DNA of 20,000 nt from Chiloscyllium plagiosum. Its lineage: Eukaryota. Within the stretch, counting starts at the first letter, position 1. Each line of letters opens with the position of its first letter. Both the position numbers and the translations under genes were made by a program. Below are positions 1-9,805 of this stretch, in pieces. The stretch lies in contig NC_057728.1 in NCBI RefSeq assembly GCF_004010195.1, positions 40,710,425-40,730,424 on the forward strand, written 5' to 3'. The notes under the pieces are model-generated. The model had not been told where the DNA came from and ran no database searches. It was given only the letters and a program-made list of their open reading frames with translations.

Positions 1-1085
1 AGCATAGAATCACGAAAAGCAACTTTGGATTTCTGTGTTTAATTATGTAAGTGCAGACGGCAGAAGCTGCTGTCTGCATCAGTGGAATAATAATGATAAA
101 CACTGAGAGTTTCGTTGTCATTTTTACTGCAAAATCTGGGGAGTTTTTTTAAACTAAGAAATCTTTCAGTTGACCTTCAAACATACACTTCCTTATTTCA
201 GAATATGTTCTTACAATATATTTTTCACTGATAGTAATCGACTTCCTTCAGCTAACAGTTATGATAGTCACCTAAGTCCAGGAGACCTCACAAGTCATGG
301 AGACTTAATAGATCTCCCTGCTCATAACTCCCAGATCCTATGCCATCTCCACCATACTCAATCGCCATGCTTACTCCTAAAGGAAAACATTTGTAGGGAC
401 ATATAAATGCTGTCTAGATGTTGGCACATTTTCCTGGAAACAGGGAAACGGTAATTTTAGATTATTTTTAAATCGAATGTTAATGTTTTATTCAGTAAAT
501 TAAAGTTAATCGTGCTGTTATTGCAAACTCCTTTCAGAGATACACCATTCAGCTCCGGTGCTTTCAAAGGTGATGTAGCACCACCTGGTGTTTGTATTGT
601 GAGTTACAACAAAAGTAAGATAATTGTGAATCTAAAACATATTTGCACAGATATTTAGTCTGTACACTTTTGCATTTTGTGAGGGAAAATTTGTGCAAAC
701 ATTTAATAGAGAACTGGGCAAATCCCCATAACTGTAAATTCGTACAGACTCCTGGAGTTTGCTTGAATACCTTTGGGGTATGAGGATTTCCCAGGATTTC
801 TTTTCTTAAATAGTTAATCACATTCTTTTCTGGATTTTAGCCTATCATGGAACTACGTGGAGTGTGTTATGTGAAGGCATAAATGAAATACAGAGTTTGA
901 ATTGTGTCAGAGTGTGACAGGTTTTAAGTATCATCAAGTTATTTTATGTTTTTCATGTTCAGACTTTTCTGTCAGTTTGCTTTGAGATTCCTCACAAACC
1001 CCCTACTGCTTAGATCTTCAATTGGGATGTGAACTCTACAAGACTGGTTCAGCGTCAATCTTAATACACTTGATAAAGACTGAAC

Positions 1086-1487
1086 CATTGCTGTGGTACA
1101 TTTGCCTCTGCATCAGAAGGCTCTACATGCAAGTCCCAGCGTACAACCTCAGCACAAAAATCACAGCTGACAATGCTGCACTGTTAGAGGCTCTATCTTA
1201 CAGATGATATACTAAACCAAGACTCTGCTTTATTGTGTGGCTACAAAGGCAAAAGTCACAGGCTTTTAATAAAAACAGCAGGCAATTTATCCTGCTGTCC
1301 TGGTCAATATTTATCCCACATTTAACATTACAAAAACAGATCTTCTGTTCATTATCATATTGAGGTCACATGCTGTGTGCAAATGGACTATTGCATTTCC
1401 TGCATTATAAATATGTGTCTGGCTGAAAAGTACTCCACTGGCTATAAAATGCTTTGAGGTAACTATTAAAATTGCTCTAAACATCAA
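1086..1487 (+). mobile_element. Old Deu-domain SINE (SacSINE1/AmnSINE1-like), diverged
   Basis: Decayed tRNA-like head (GCCTCTGCATCAGAAGG...CAAGTCCCA), then GCTGCACTGTTAGAGG...TAAACCAAGA, the Deu-like motif TGTCCTGGTCAATATTTATCCC (about 1296-1317) and a 3' end ACTGGCTATAAAATGCTTTG. It resembles 15225-15495. Confidence 0.7.
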
Positions 1488-2231
1488 TAACTTACTTTAA
1501 AAGAGATTAATTTCCTGATGCTTGACAGAAATAATGAAAGGACAAAATTTCACATTTTGAGATCTTTACTGAAATAAATTAATTAAAACCAACATAAATC
1601 AAATATTCATGTATTAGGCAAGTAATACACCAAACTAAAAAGACAGGCTTTTGCATTGACTAAATAACTCTGCTGAAGTAAATGTCAGAAAATATTTTTT
1701 GTACCTTGCTTCCAACAGATGTGTAACAAAACCAATAAACTTTCCAGTGACTTCCCGCTTTCCTGCAAGCTCAGTTCTCCCTCTCACACCATGTCAATCA
1801 TCCCATGTTCCATGAAAATTGTCATTCAATCTGAATATTTTGTTTTATTATAAAAAATAGGAACAGTGTATAATTAGACTAAACTTATCTGAACATGCAT
1901 GAGATAGTAAGTCTTAAGTTATACAACAAATAAAGTTATGAGTGTCTGTGAGAAACTGTGTGTGTGAGTGTGAGTGTAAAGGGGTATAAGTCTGTGAGAG
2001 GGTGCATGTGTGTGTGTGAATGTGGGAGTGTATGTGTAAGCGTATGAGAGAGAGCTTGTGTATGAGAGAGGGTCTGGTGTGTGTAGGAGTGCCTGTGTGT
2101 GTGTTTCTGTCTGTCTGTGAGTATGCATCTGTCTATGTGTGTGCATGCATGTGTGTGTCTGTCTGTCTGTCTGAGTATAGACGCACACTCACAGACACAC
2201 ACAGACATAGACACACAGACACTCCTACACA

Positions 2232-2550
2232 TGGGGTGCTGGAGGCCAGAACTAGAGCGCATGGGTTTATGGTGAGAGGGAAAAGATATAAAAGAGACTT
2301 AAGGGGCAACTTTTTCAAGCACAGGGTGGGGTGTGTGTGAAATGGATTGCCAGAGGAAATGGTGGAGGCTGTACAATTGCAACATTTAAAAGGCATTTGG
2401 ATGGGTATATGAATAGGAAGGATTTGGAGGGATATGGACTGAGTGCTGGCAGGTGGTACTAGATTGGGTTGGGATATCTGGTCAGCATGGACAATTTGGA
2501 CTGAAAGGTCTGTTTCTGTGTTGTACATCACTATGACTCTATGACTATGA
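2232..2550 (+). mobile_element. CR1 (HER1-like) LINE 3' fragment
   Basis: Encodes the C-terminal ORF2 motif [23 protein letters not shown]. The 3' UTR ends in a CTATGACT-type tail (2531-2550). It is homologous to 4480-4785 and 18222-18510. Flanks CAGACACTCCTACA (2216-2229) and CATACACTCCTACA (2551-2564) may be a TSD. Confidence 0.9.
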
Positions 2551-3152
2551 CATACACTCCTACAGACACACACACACACACTCCCACAGACCCATGCTCT
2601 CCCGCAGACCCTCTCTCATACACAAGCTCTCTCTCATACGCTCACACATTCACTTCCACACTCACATGCACACACGCACCCTCTCACAGACTTGTACCTC
2701 TTTACACTCACACTCACATACTCTCTCACAGACACTCATACCACCCCCCACATGCACACACACACAGATGTTTGTGGGGTGAATTTGTACTTGCAGAATT
2801 TCATTTTATGTTGCTCAAAAACTGCGTGAATCCATGTACAATTCTGTAAATCTGTTTTTTAGATTAGAATCCATCTGACCATTGTGGCACAGACAGTCTC
2901 ACACAGGGCACCTTACACCTTAAAAAAATTATCTGGGCCGACATGACACCAATTGTTAAAGTTCACTTGAGAATGTAACTTTTAAAAAAGGTTTTGCAAT
3001 TTACATATGAAACAACTGAAACCAACATGTTCATTCTAAAAGATGAGAGACTTAACAAACAATCCAGGTCTTTTTCAATGTATAATTTCAGTTACACCAC
3101 ACTGTAAACTTTTGCTATCAATTCTGTGTCTTACGATCTTATACTCCACAAC

Positions 3153-3187
3153 CACCTGATGAAGGAGCAGCGCTCCGAAAGCTAGTG
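3153..3187 (+). ncRNA. Minimal type I hammerhead ribozyme motif in a Penelope pLTR
   Basis: CAC-CTGATGA-A-GGAGC-AGC-GCTCC-GAAA-GCTA-GTG. It has the conserved CUGANGA (3156-3162) and GAAA (3177-3180) boxes, a 5-bp stem II, palindromic AGCT in place of stem III and a 3-bp stem I (CAC/GTG). Confidence 0.75.
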
Positions 3188-3258
3188 CTTCCAATAAACC
3201 TGTTGGACTATAACCTGGTATTGTGTGATTTTAAACTTGTAAGTCTGCCAGGAATTTT

Positions 3259-3470
3259 AGTCGAGAGTGTGGTGCAGGAAAAGCACAGAAGGTCAGGTAG
3301 CATCCGAGGAGCAGGAGAATCAACGTTTCGGGTATAAGCCATTTCCGATTGAAGGGCTTACGCCCAAAACGTTGATTCTCCTGCTCCTCGGATGCTGTCT
3401 GACCAGCTGTGTTTTCTCAGCACCAAATTCTCAACTCTGATCTCCAGCATCTGCAGTGCTCTCTTTCTCC
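3259..3470 (+). mobile_element. Miniature fold-back Penelope pLTR insertion with degenerate hammerhead
   Basis: Inverted arms at about 3259-3340 and 3355-3436, plus an unpaired tail CTGATCTCCAGCATCTGCAGTGCTCTCTTTCTCC. TSD CTGCCAGGAATT (3245-3256) / CTGCTAGGAATT (3470-3481). Homologous to 17514-17731. Confidence 0.8.
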
Positions 3471-4260
3471 TGCTAGGAATTACAGCTACATCAGTGTTAT
3501 GTGATTGGATGTTAGCAACACCATTCTTCACTTGATGTGATCTAAACTGATCCCAGACGAGCAAACTCCTTTCCTTGTGTAGTCCACCAGATCGTAAATT
3601 CCAAACTTCCTTTATCCATTTTCTACATCCACCTTCATCCATCCAGCCTTGTGGATGCATATGGACAACAATTCATTTGGAAATATTTCCTTTGGCAAAG
3701 TTTTTCTCTTAAAAACAGCTATCAGTTTTAACTTAGTGTCATCAGCCATACAAGAAAGAACTAAAGTAAACCCACTTTCGTCATGGCCTGTGGTTTTCAC
3801 CAATACTGTTTTTTCTCCTTTTTGGTTGACAGTTCAATTCCCTGGCATGCTGATAGTAGTAGCCATTTCATCCATGTTTCCAGTGCATGATAACTTGTAG
3901 CCGACTTTCTGCCGATTTCTGATTACAAACTGGTGGAACTGTAATATCTTATCTTCTAGTTCACCAGGCAGTTTTTGTGCAATCTGAGCTCTCTGCCAAA
4001 GTACTCAGTCATGCCTTCTCATGAATCTTGTGCTCTGTCCAGCACTTGTCTTAAAATCCGAAATTCCACCATTCTTCGATTTATTTTGTGGATTCAGATA
4101 GCTTCACGACTAACACATTTTCCATTTTGACAATTTTCAAATATCCACTCAGCAACTTCTTTCTCCAGCTGTGGCCACTTCCTAGGTCTACCTCTGTTGG
4201 CACACACTCCTTTTAGCATTGTCTGAAGTTGGTTCAATACCTTTGTCCCGTCTCTCACAA

Positions 4261-4785
4261 GTTTTGGTCTCCTTCCTATCGGAAGGATGTTGTGAAACTT
4301 GAAAGAGTACTGAAAAAATTTACAATGATATTGCCAGGGTTGGAAGGTATGAGTTATAGGGAAAGGGTGAATAGGTTGTGGCTGTTTTCCCTGGAGTGTC
4401 AGAGGCTGAGGGGTGACCTTATAGAGGTTTATAAATTTATGAGGGACATGGATAGGATAAATAGACAAAGTTTTCCCTGGGGTGGGGAAGTCCAGAACTA
4501 GAGGGCATAGGTTTAGGGTGAAAGGGGAAAAATATAAAAGGGACGTGCAGGGGCAACTTTTTTATGCAGTAGGTAATATGTATGGAATGAGCTGCCAGAG
4601 GAAATGGTGGAGGCTGATACAATTGCAACATTTAAAAGGCATTTGGATGGCCATATGAATAGGAAGGATTTGGAAGGATATGTGCCGGGTGCTGGCAGGT
4701 GGACTAAATTGGGTTGGGATATCTGGTCGGCATGGATGAGTTGGACCGAAGGGTCTGTTTCCATGCTGTATTTCTTTATGACTGT
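4261..4785 (+). mobile_element. CR1 (HER1-like) LINE 3' fragment inserted in the pogo transposase
   Basis: ORF 4229-4501 gives FWSPSYRKDVVKLERV...LRGDLIEVYKFMR, followed by the CR1 3' UTR and a TATGACT tail. AAGTTT is present at both junctions (4259-4264, 4786-4791). Removing the insert rejoins pogo SEKL|VRD. Confidence 0.92.
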
Positions 4786-5460
4786 AAGTTTCTCTGAAAC
4801 ACAAAGTTCTGTTACTGCTGCACAGTTATTTGTTTTCTCTGCAACTTCAATAACTTTCAGTTTAAATGCTGCTGTATATTGTTTTTTTTTCTGGATGGCA
4901 GTTTTACACAAAATGAAAAAGTAATTTCAAAACCTCAACTAGGTGTATGACTGTATTCCATAAAGTTGGCTGTCACCTGACTCTGACCTGATACGTCATA
5001 AGCTTTCCCATCAAATTGGTGTGAATTGTGCATCAAACCACATAACAGCACAAAAAAATTATTTTCCTCATCATAACATTTATATACAGGATAATTCCTT
5101 ACTCACAAATGTTATCTGTGAAGAGCTAGGGTTGACTTTTATGTGAGGTATATGGAAAGTTCCAGACATTTTGGCTAAAAATATTGAGTCGACTTTTACA
5201 TGAGATCAATTTTTTACTCAAATATATACGGGTGCTACTGGCCCACATTCAGTTTATATGGTCCATGGACTCCACACAGCACCACTGGATAATGAAGCCA
5301 GCTCTTTCTATTCAAAAAAAAAAGCCACCACCAAACCATTAAACTACCTAATTAAAAACAGCAAATAACACACGCTAATTACCAGAAGCAGTGCAGCAAT
5401 AAGTTTAACAAGTGGGTAAAGCGAGTGAGGGAGCGAAATCAAAATAATTCAGGCAGCTTT

Positions 5461-5573
5461 TATTTTGAAAAACCTGAGCAGGCATGTTGTAGACACTTCC
5501 AGACCAGGTGGGGCATCTACTAGGGCCTGCTGTCTCAGAGTTAGGGGACATTACATTGCACCACAGGAGCCCT
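5461..5573 (-). mobile_element. Short old tRNA-derived SINE head
   Basis: Minus strand GGGCTCCTGTGGTGCAATGTAATGTCCCCTAACTCTGAGACAGCAGGCCC...CCCACCTGGTCTGGAAGTGTCTACAACAT, similar to 6225-6336 and 13110-13172. Confidence 0.5.
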
Positions 5574-6224
5574 ACACGAAGACAGCTCCTTTTCATTTTG
5601 AACATATCTCCACCAATTTAACCAATCGACCAACTAAGCAAATAACAACCAACACAGAAGGGAAGGAAAGGTTGGGAATATGGGAGGGAATCAATTTAGA
5701 ATGGATTTGAAAGGGAGAGAATGCACCCCTGCGATGCTCACCTCTCTCTGAAGTCCTCAAGGGTATTGGTGGGCACCATGTCCTCTCTCTCCAGTAACAC
5801 CCAGGCAGAGATGTCGCTGTGACAAAGAGGCAGACAATGGGGATGAAGCTAGCTCATTTTGTTTTCCTTTTGTGTAACCAATTAAACAATTAATGAATTA
5901 CAGGCAGTGCCCACCAGGGGCAGTGCATCAATAACAGAGTAGGGGAGGGGAAAGAAGGATGGGCTCAATCAAATGGAACTGGGAGAAAAAATAATGCACT
6001 CCAGCACATGTGGTGTCAAACTACTCTCTCTCTCTCTCTTTGTCTAAATAAGAACACAGTTCCTTTTCTTGTGTTTTCTAATCACCCTGTTCAGACATGT
6101 TATTATGCAGAACTTGAACTCAAAGAATACAGCTCTCTCCCCCCTCCAATAAGAATTGCCTGCACTCAAACAACTCAGGTGTTGTTCAGCTTGACTGTTA
6201 AAGAGACCTGAATATCTAAGGCAC

Positions 6225-6336
6225 TTATAACCAACCAGTTCAGAAACATTATGACACATGTCTAGAGCAGTTGGGACTTAAACCTACACCTCCTGGTTCA
6301 AAGGTAGGGGCACTACCATCTCACGACAAGAATCCT
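6225..6336 (-). mobile_element. Short old tRNA-derived SINE head
   Basis: Minus strand ...GATGGTAGTGCCCCTACCTTTGAACCAGGAGGTGTAGGTTTAAGTCCCAACTGCTCTAGACATGTGTCATAATG, with A-box-like and B-box-like (GGTTTAAGTCC) motifs. Confidence 0.55.
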
Positions 6337-6936
6337 ACCTGCAAACCTAATGCTGACAATCATCAAGATTCCTTAATGATTTTTGTCACTTCTGCACTAA
6401 TGTTAATGGACTTTCAGCCAGCAGCTCGAAAATAGTTCACACTAACATGAGACTGGAATATGTTTGTTTATTATGATGTATCGTTACACTCATTTCACTT
6501 CAGAATTTCTTCACGATTATGAATAAAAAAGGTAATAAAAACCCAGGACTAAAATTGTTCTGAACAGGCCGACACAAAAAGATTTCACTTCAGAAACCCT
6601 TAATCGGAACAGCTTTTTGGAAGAGCAAAACAGAACTAATCTTTGAAATATTGAGCAGTATTTTAGCTCCAGGCAGGAAACAAGAGCATGGATTATCTTG
6701 AGGTGAGGTGTTTTGGGGATTTGAAGCCATGTCAAACAAAATGTCCTGTGTCAGTAATGGGTTTGGGAACAATCTGACCTTATAATTTCAGGTCTCTGTC
6801 TGCCTCAATTACTGACCCCAGGAGGGTCTGAAAATGTAGCCCAGTGATTCTCTCCATAGAGGAGTATTTCCAGACCTTGCTAGTTCTAATCTGAACAAAT
6901 TATTGAATTGGTTACTATAGGCTGAATCTTATGTTT

Positions 6937-7300
6937 AGAGTCATCGAAATGTACAGCATGGAAACAGACCCTTCGGTCCAACCCATCCATGCCGATCAGA
7001 TATCCCAATCCAATCTAATCCCACCTGCCAGCACCCGGCCCATATCCCTCCAAACTCTTCCTTTTCATATACTCAACCAAATGCCTCTTAATTGTTGCAA
7101 TTGTACCAGCCTCCACCACTTCCTCTGGCAGCTCATTCTTTCCAATAGGAAGGAGACCAGAATTGCACGCAATATTCCAACAATGTCCTGTACAGCCGCA
7201 ACATGACCTCCCAACTCCTGTTCTCAATATTCTGACCAATAAAGGAAAGCATACCAAACGTCTTCTTCACTCTCCTATCTACCTGCAACTCCACTTTCAA
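6937..7300 (-). mobile_element. CR1 (HER1-like) LINE 3' fragment with internal deletion
   Basis: 6937-7137 is the reverse complement of the CR1 3' end (NELPEEVVEAGTIATIKRHL plus UTR). 7139-7300 matches a more upstream ORF2 part whose downstream end overlaps the FWSPSY region of the 4261 copy. Confidence 0.88.
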
Positions 7301-7982
7301 TGAGTGGCAAAGTATTAGTTTTGTTGAGTTTCACGGTGGGTTTCAGGCCGAGTGAGATCGCTCACATAGCTTACAAATTGCACCTCATTAATTACCCATC
7401 TTGCCATTATCTCTCATGTATGGATCCAGTCCCACTCTACCACCCACTGTTCTCAGAAAAATTCACCACACACCAGACATCCACCAAAATACAAGCTTCC
7501 CTGGTGCCCGTACGTTGAAGAAAACTCTTGAGACTCGGACTTTGCGAACTAATTCGTTGATTAAACAATATATTATGGGGAATTCACCGTCCTGTGGCTC
7601 GGTTTATTCCGAAGTACATCAGGATACTATAGGATTATACAGAGAAAGGAGATAGGAGCTGATCGTTAATTACACAGTTTGGCATGCTTACAAGTTAGTA
7701 CTAAATTAGAGGTTAGTCATTAAGTTCAAAACTAAAGCACTATTATGCATTCCACAAGTGGACAGAACAAATGGTATCACCACCTGCTCTAGTTACACAG
7801 ATTGCTAACACTAAACAGAGATATCCCTAATTAACTGAATGACCGTGAAGTGGTAATAACTCGTGAAGGAAGTGGGACTCATTGGCAAGTCTATGTCAGC
7901 TTGCTACAGCCTGCGCTGATCATTCAGCAAAGGGGGGAAACGCTATCTTGGCACCTTAGGAAGATAAAGCCTACCGTTCACA
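7301..7982. repeat. Possible solo LTR or unclassified repeat
   Basis: Starts TG and ends CA, with imperfect inverted ends TGAGTGG...CCGTTCA. There is a minus-strand AATAAA near 7604-7609 and more CpG than typical flanks. No TSD is visible. Confidence 0.3.
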
Positions 7983-8313
7983 TTACCTCATAGTAAGGAA
8001 TGCACAGCCAGCAAAGTTCTGGCTCCGGGACACAAAATAGTTTCTCAGCCAGATTAGGAAAATTGCTTCCAGGCAAATAATGTTAACTTTTCCCCAACAC
8101 TGTGCCATTTTCAAAAGGCCCAGGCAAGAATTGACAATAGCATTGACCCTTGCCAGCAACATAATGGCACAGCAGCCACAAAGCCTCATGGTACCTCAGC
8201 TCACGGCTGACACTCCCTCATGCATTTAGCTCATTCTCTCACCTTAGTTGCTGTTTAGCCACCAAGTCTCATTGATTACTTGTTCTAAACTACATCCCAT
8301 CTATACACTAAAT

Positions 8314-8560
8314 TAAAACAAAGAACTGTGGATGCAAACTGTGGTATTTATGATGAAGACAAAGTGTGGGGATGGGCGGAGAAAGGGCTCATCTTCCACT
8401 GTCGCAACTCCCTCCGCTTCCCAATGTCGGCTTCAGCATAAATATTAACTTTTCCTTGCGACTAACAGTTCTGATGAAGAGTCACCGGTACTCAAAACAT
8501 TTATTCCCACAGATGCTGCCAGACCTATTGAAGTTCCTGAGCAATTTTTGCTTTTGTTCT
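8314..8560 (+). mobile_element. Old Penelope-like pLTR relic with mutated hammerhead
   Basis: CTGATGA (8471-8477)-AGAGTCACCGGTACTC-AAAA (the G of GAAA is lost), followed by CACAGATGCTGCCAGACCT as in the other pLTR copies. The left part (AAAACAAAGAACTGTGGATGC) looks like an inverted tail piece. Confidence 0.6.
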
Positions 8561-8822
8561 CTCTCTAAGTCCCCACAACTCTGTCCTCAATGTCCACATC
8601 ATATCATTGTCCAAAAGGGGAACATTACATACAGGTATGCAATTTCAAAGAGGAGCTTTTATTTCCAGCAAGCGAGAGTGAATACAAACAAAGCAAAAAG
8701 AGGCTCTGGTTTACCCCCACAATGTAACTCAAATTCTGACATGATAACCAATGACTATTTTACCACCATTTCTGCTGCACTCAACTCTCATCTACTGAAA
8801 CCACGAGTCATTCAGGTCCTGA

Positions 8823-8910
8823 AGACAAAAGATGCTGGAGATCACAGTGTGTCAGGCAGCATCCATGGAGAGAAAGCAAGCTAATGTTTCGCGTCCAGAT
8901 GACTCTTCAT
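8823..8910 (-). mobile_element. Penelope-like pLTR fragment with partial hammerhead
   Basis: Minus strand ATGAAGAGTCATCTGGACGCGAAACATTAGC...GGATGCTGCCTGACACACTGTGATCTCCAGCATC. Confidence 0.65.
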
Positions 8911-9260
8911 GACCTCGTCATGGGCAATTAAAAATGAACTGGTGTGACCTTGCTCACTGTCCTGATCCATTTGTAGGTGCATAACTGGGAGATCTCACAC
9001 AAATCACCCATCAATCCCTGGAAGGAGCCAGTCATATAAAACAGCCATTTCAACAGGGCCCATCTGGCCCCTGGCACATTTGAAGGGGGCCACAGACTGA
9101 AAACTGTGAGAAGGGGAGCCCCAAGAGTTTATGGAGGTCCTGGTCACTGAACCAATGAAATACCCAAGCAACAACCTTCATTGAAGTCAATAGTTTCCTC
9201 CTATTTATGATATCTTTTCAATATACCGTTTGAATTCAGCACACCTGGTAAATTAATTTT

Positions 9261-9566
9261 GATTAGATTAGATTCCCTACAGTGTGGAAACAGGCCCTTC
9301 GACCCAATAAGTCCACACCGACCCTCGAAAACTAACCCATCCAGACCCATTTCCCTCTGACCCAACGCACCTAACATTATGGGCAATTTAGGATGGCCAA
9401 TTCACCTGGCCTGCACATCTTTGGACTGCGAGAGGAAACTGGAGCACCTGGAGGAAACCCACGGGGAGAATGTGCAAACTCCACACATACAGTCACCCCA
9501 GGCTGGAATCGAACCTGGGTCCCTGGCACTGTGAGACAGCAGTGCTAACCACTGAGCCACCGTGCC
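9261..9566 (-). mobile_element. HE1-type V-SINE, near full length
   Basis: A box TGGCTCAGTGG (9549-9559) and B box GGTTCGATTCC (9505-9515). V-domain GTGTGGAGTTTGCACATTCTCCCCGTG...CAGTCCAAAGATGTGCAGG. CR1-like 3' end and an (AATCT)n tail. Confidence 0.92.
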
Positions 9567-9805
9567 GTGGTGCTTAAGCTCCTCCCACACAGCTTCACTT
9601 CAGAGTCAGTCGCCAATCAGACTGCACTGGGTCAACATATTCAATCAAGCGTTCTTGCATCCATTATTGCCATGCTTCATTATCCGAGGATCAGCCTTTG
9701 CTAGGCCTTTTTTAATCCAAGTTCATTTATTCATTACTTTCCTTGTAAGAAGTGCCTCATGATTATTTTTATTATTTTCAGAAATAATTGTACCCAAGAG
9801 TTCCT

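Larger units (their letters stand above)
1936..3238 (+). mobile_element. Penelope-like element remnant: CA-rich 3' region plus pLTR with hammerhead, with an inverted duplication at its left end; interrupted by a CR1 fragment
   Basis: 1936-2090 is the reverse complement of about 2605-2740. The segment ends with a hammerhead motif (3153-3187), AATAAA and GTGTGATTTTAAACTT. The same terminal motifs recur on the minus strand at 19491-19610. Confidence 0.75.
3238..4911 (-). pseudogene. Disrupted pogo transposase (POGK-like: Brinker-type HTH, CENP-B HTH, DDE_1)
   Basis: Peptides YTAAFKLKVIEVAEKTNNCAA, KWPQLEKEVAEWI, GNMDE, VKTTGHDESGFTLVLSCMADDTKLK, GWMDE and LLVWDQFRSH, ending DVAVIP/GRLT. It has stops and frameshifts and is split by a CR1 fragment (4261-4785) and a Penelope fragment (3259-3470). 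The region with the third catalytic Asp is absent. Confidence 0.9.
3238..5231 (-). mobile_element. pogo/Tigger-family DNA transposon, 3'-truncated, with nested insertions
   Basis: A TIR-like 5' end reads CCGTATATATTTGAGTAAAA...TAAAAAGTCGAC on the minus strand from 5231, with repeated AAAAGTCRAC subterminal motifs. Transposase fragments follow. No second TIR was found. Confidence 0.85.

Noticed and set aside
538..598. Possible 61-bp exon between CTCCTTTCAG and GTGAGT
   Set aside because: Splice-like words are frequent, the peptide is unrecognised and there are no supporting neighbouring exons.
1919..2849. His/Thr-rich and Cys/Val-rich ORFs of 60-148 aa
   Set aside because: They are translations of CA/TG low-complexity sequence and CR1 UTR, not genes.
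5911..5925. CTCF-like CCACCAGGGGCAGTG
   Set aside because: One base short in the G-run relative to the core motif spacing.
8366..8884. Longest ORF in the window (172 aa)
   Set aside because: It runs through two pLTR relics, starts at GTG and has no recognisable domain.
9565..9577. CCGTGGTGCTTAA as a possible left hAT TIR
   Set aside because: Three mismatches to the expected TIR, overlap with the SINE start, and no 8-bp TSD confirmed.
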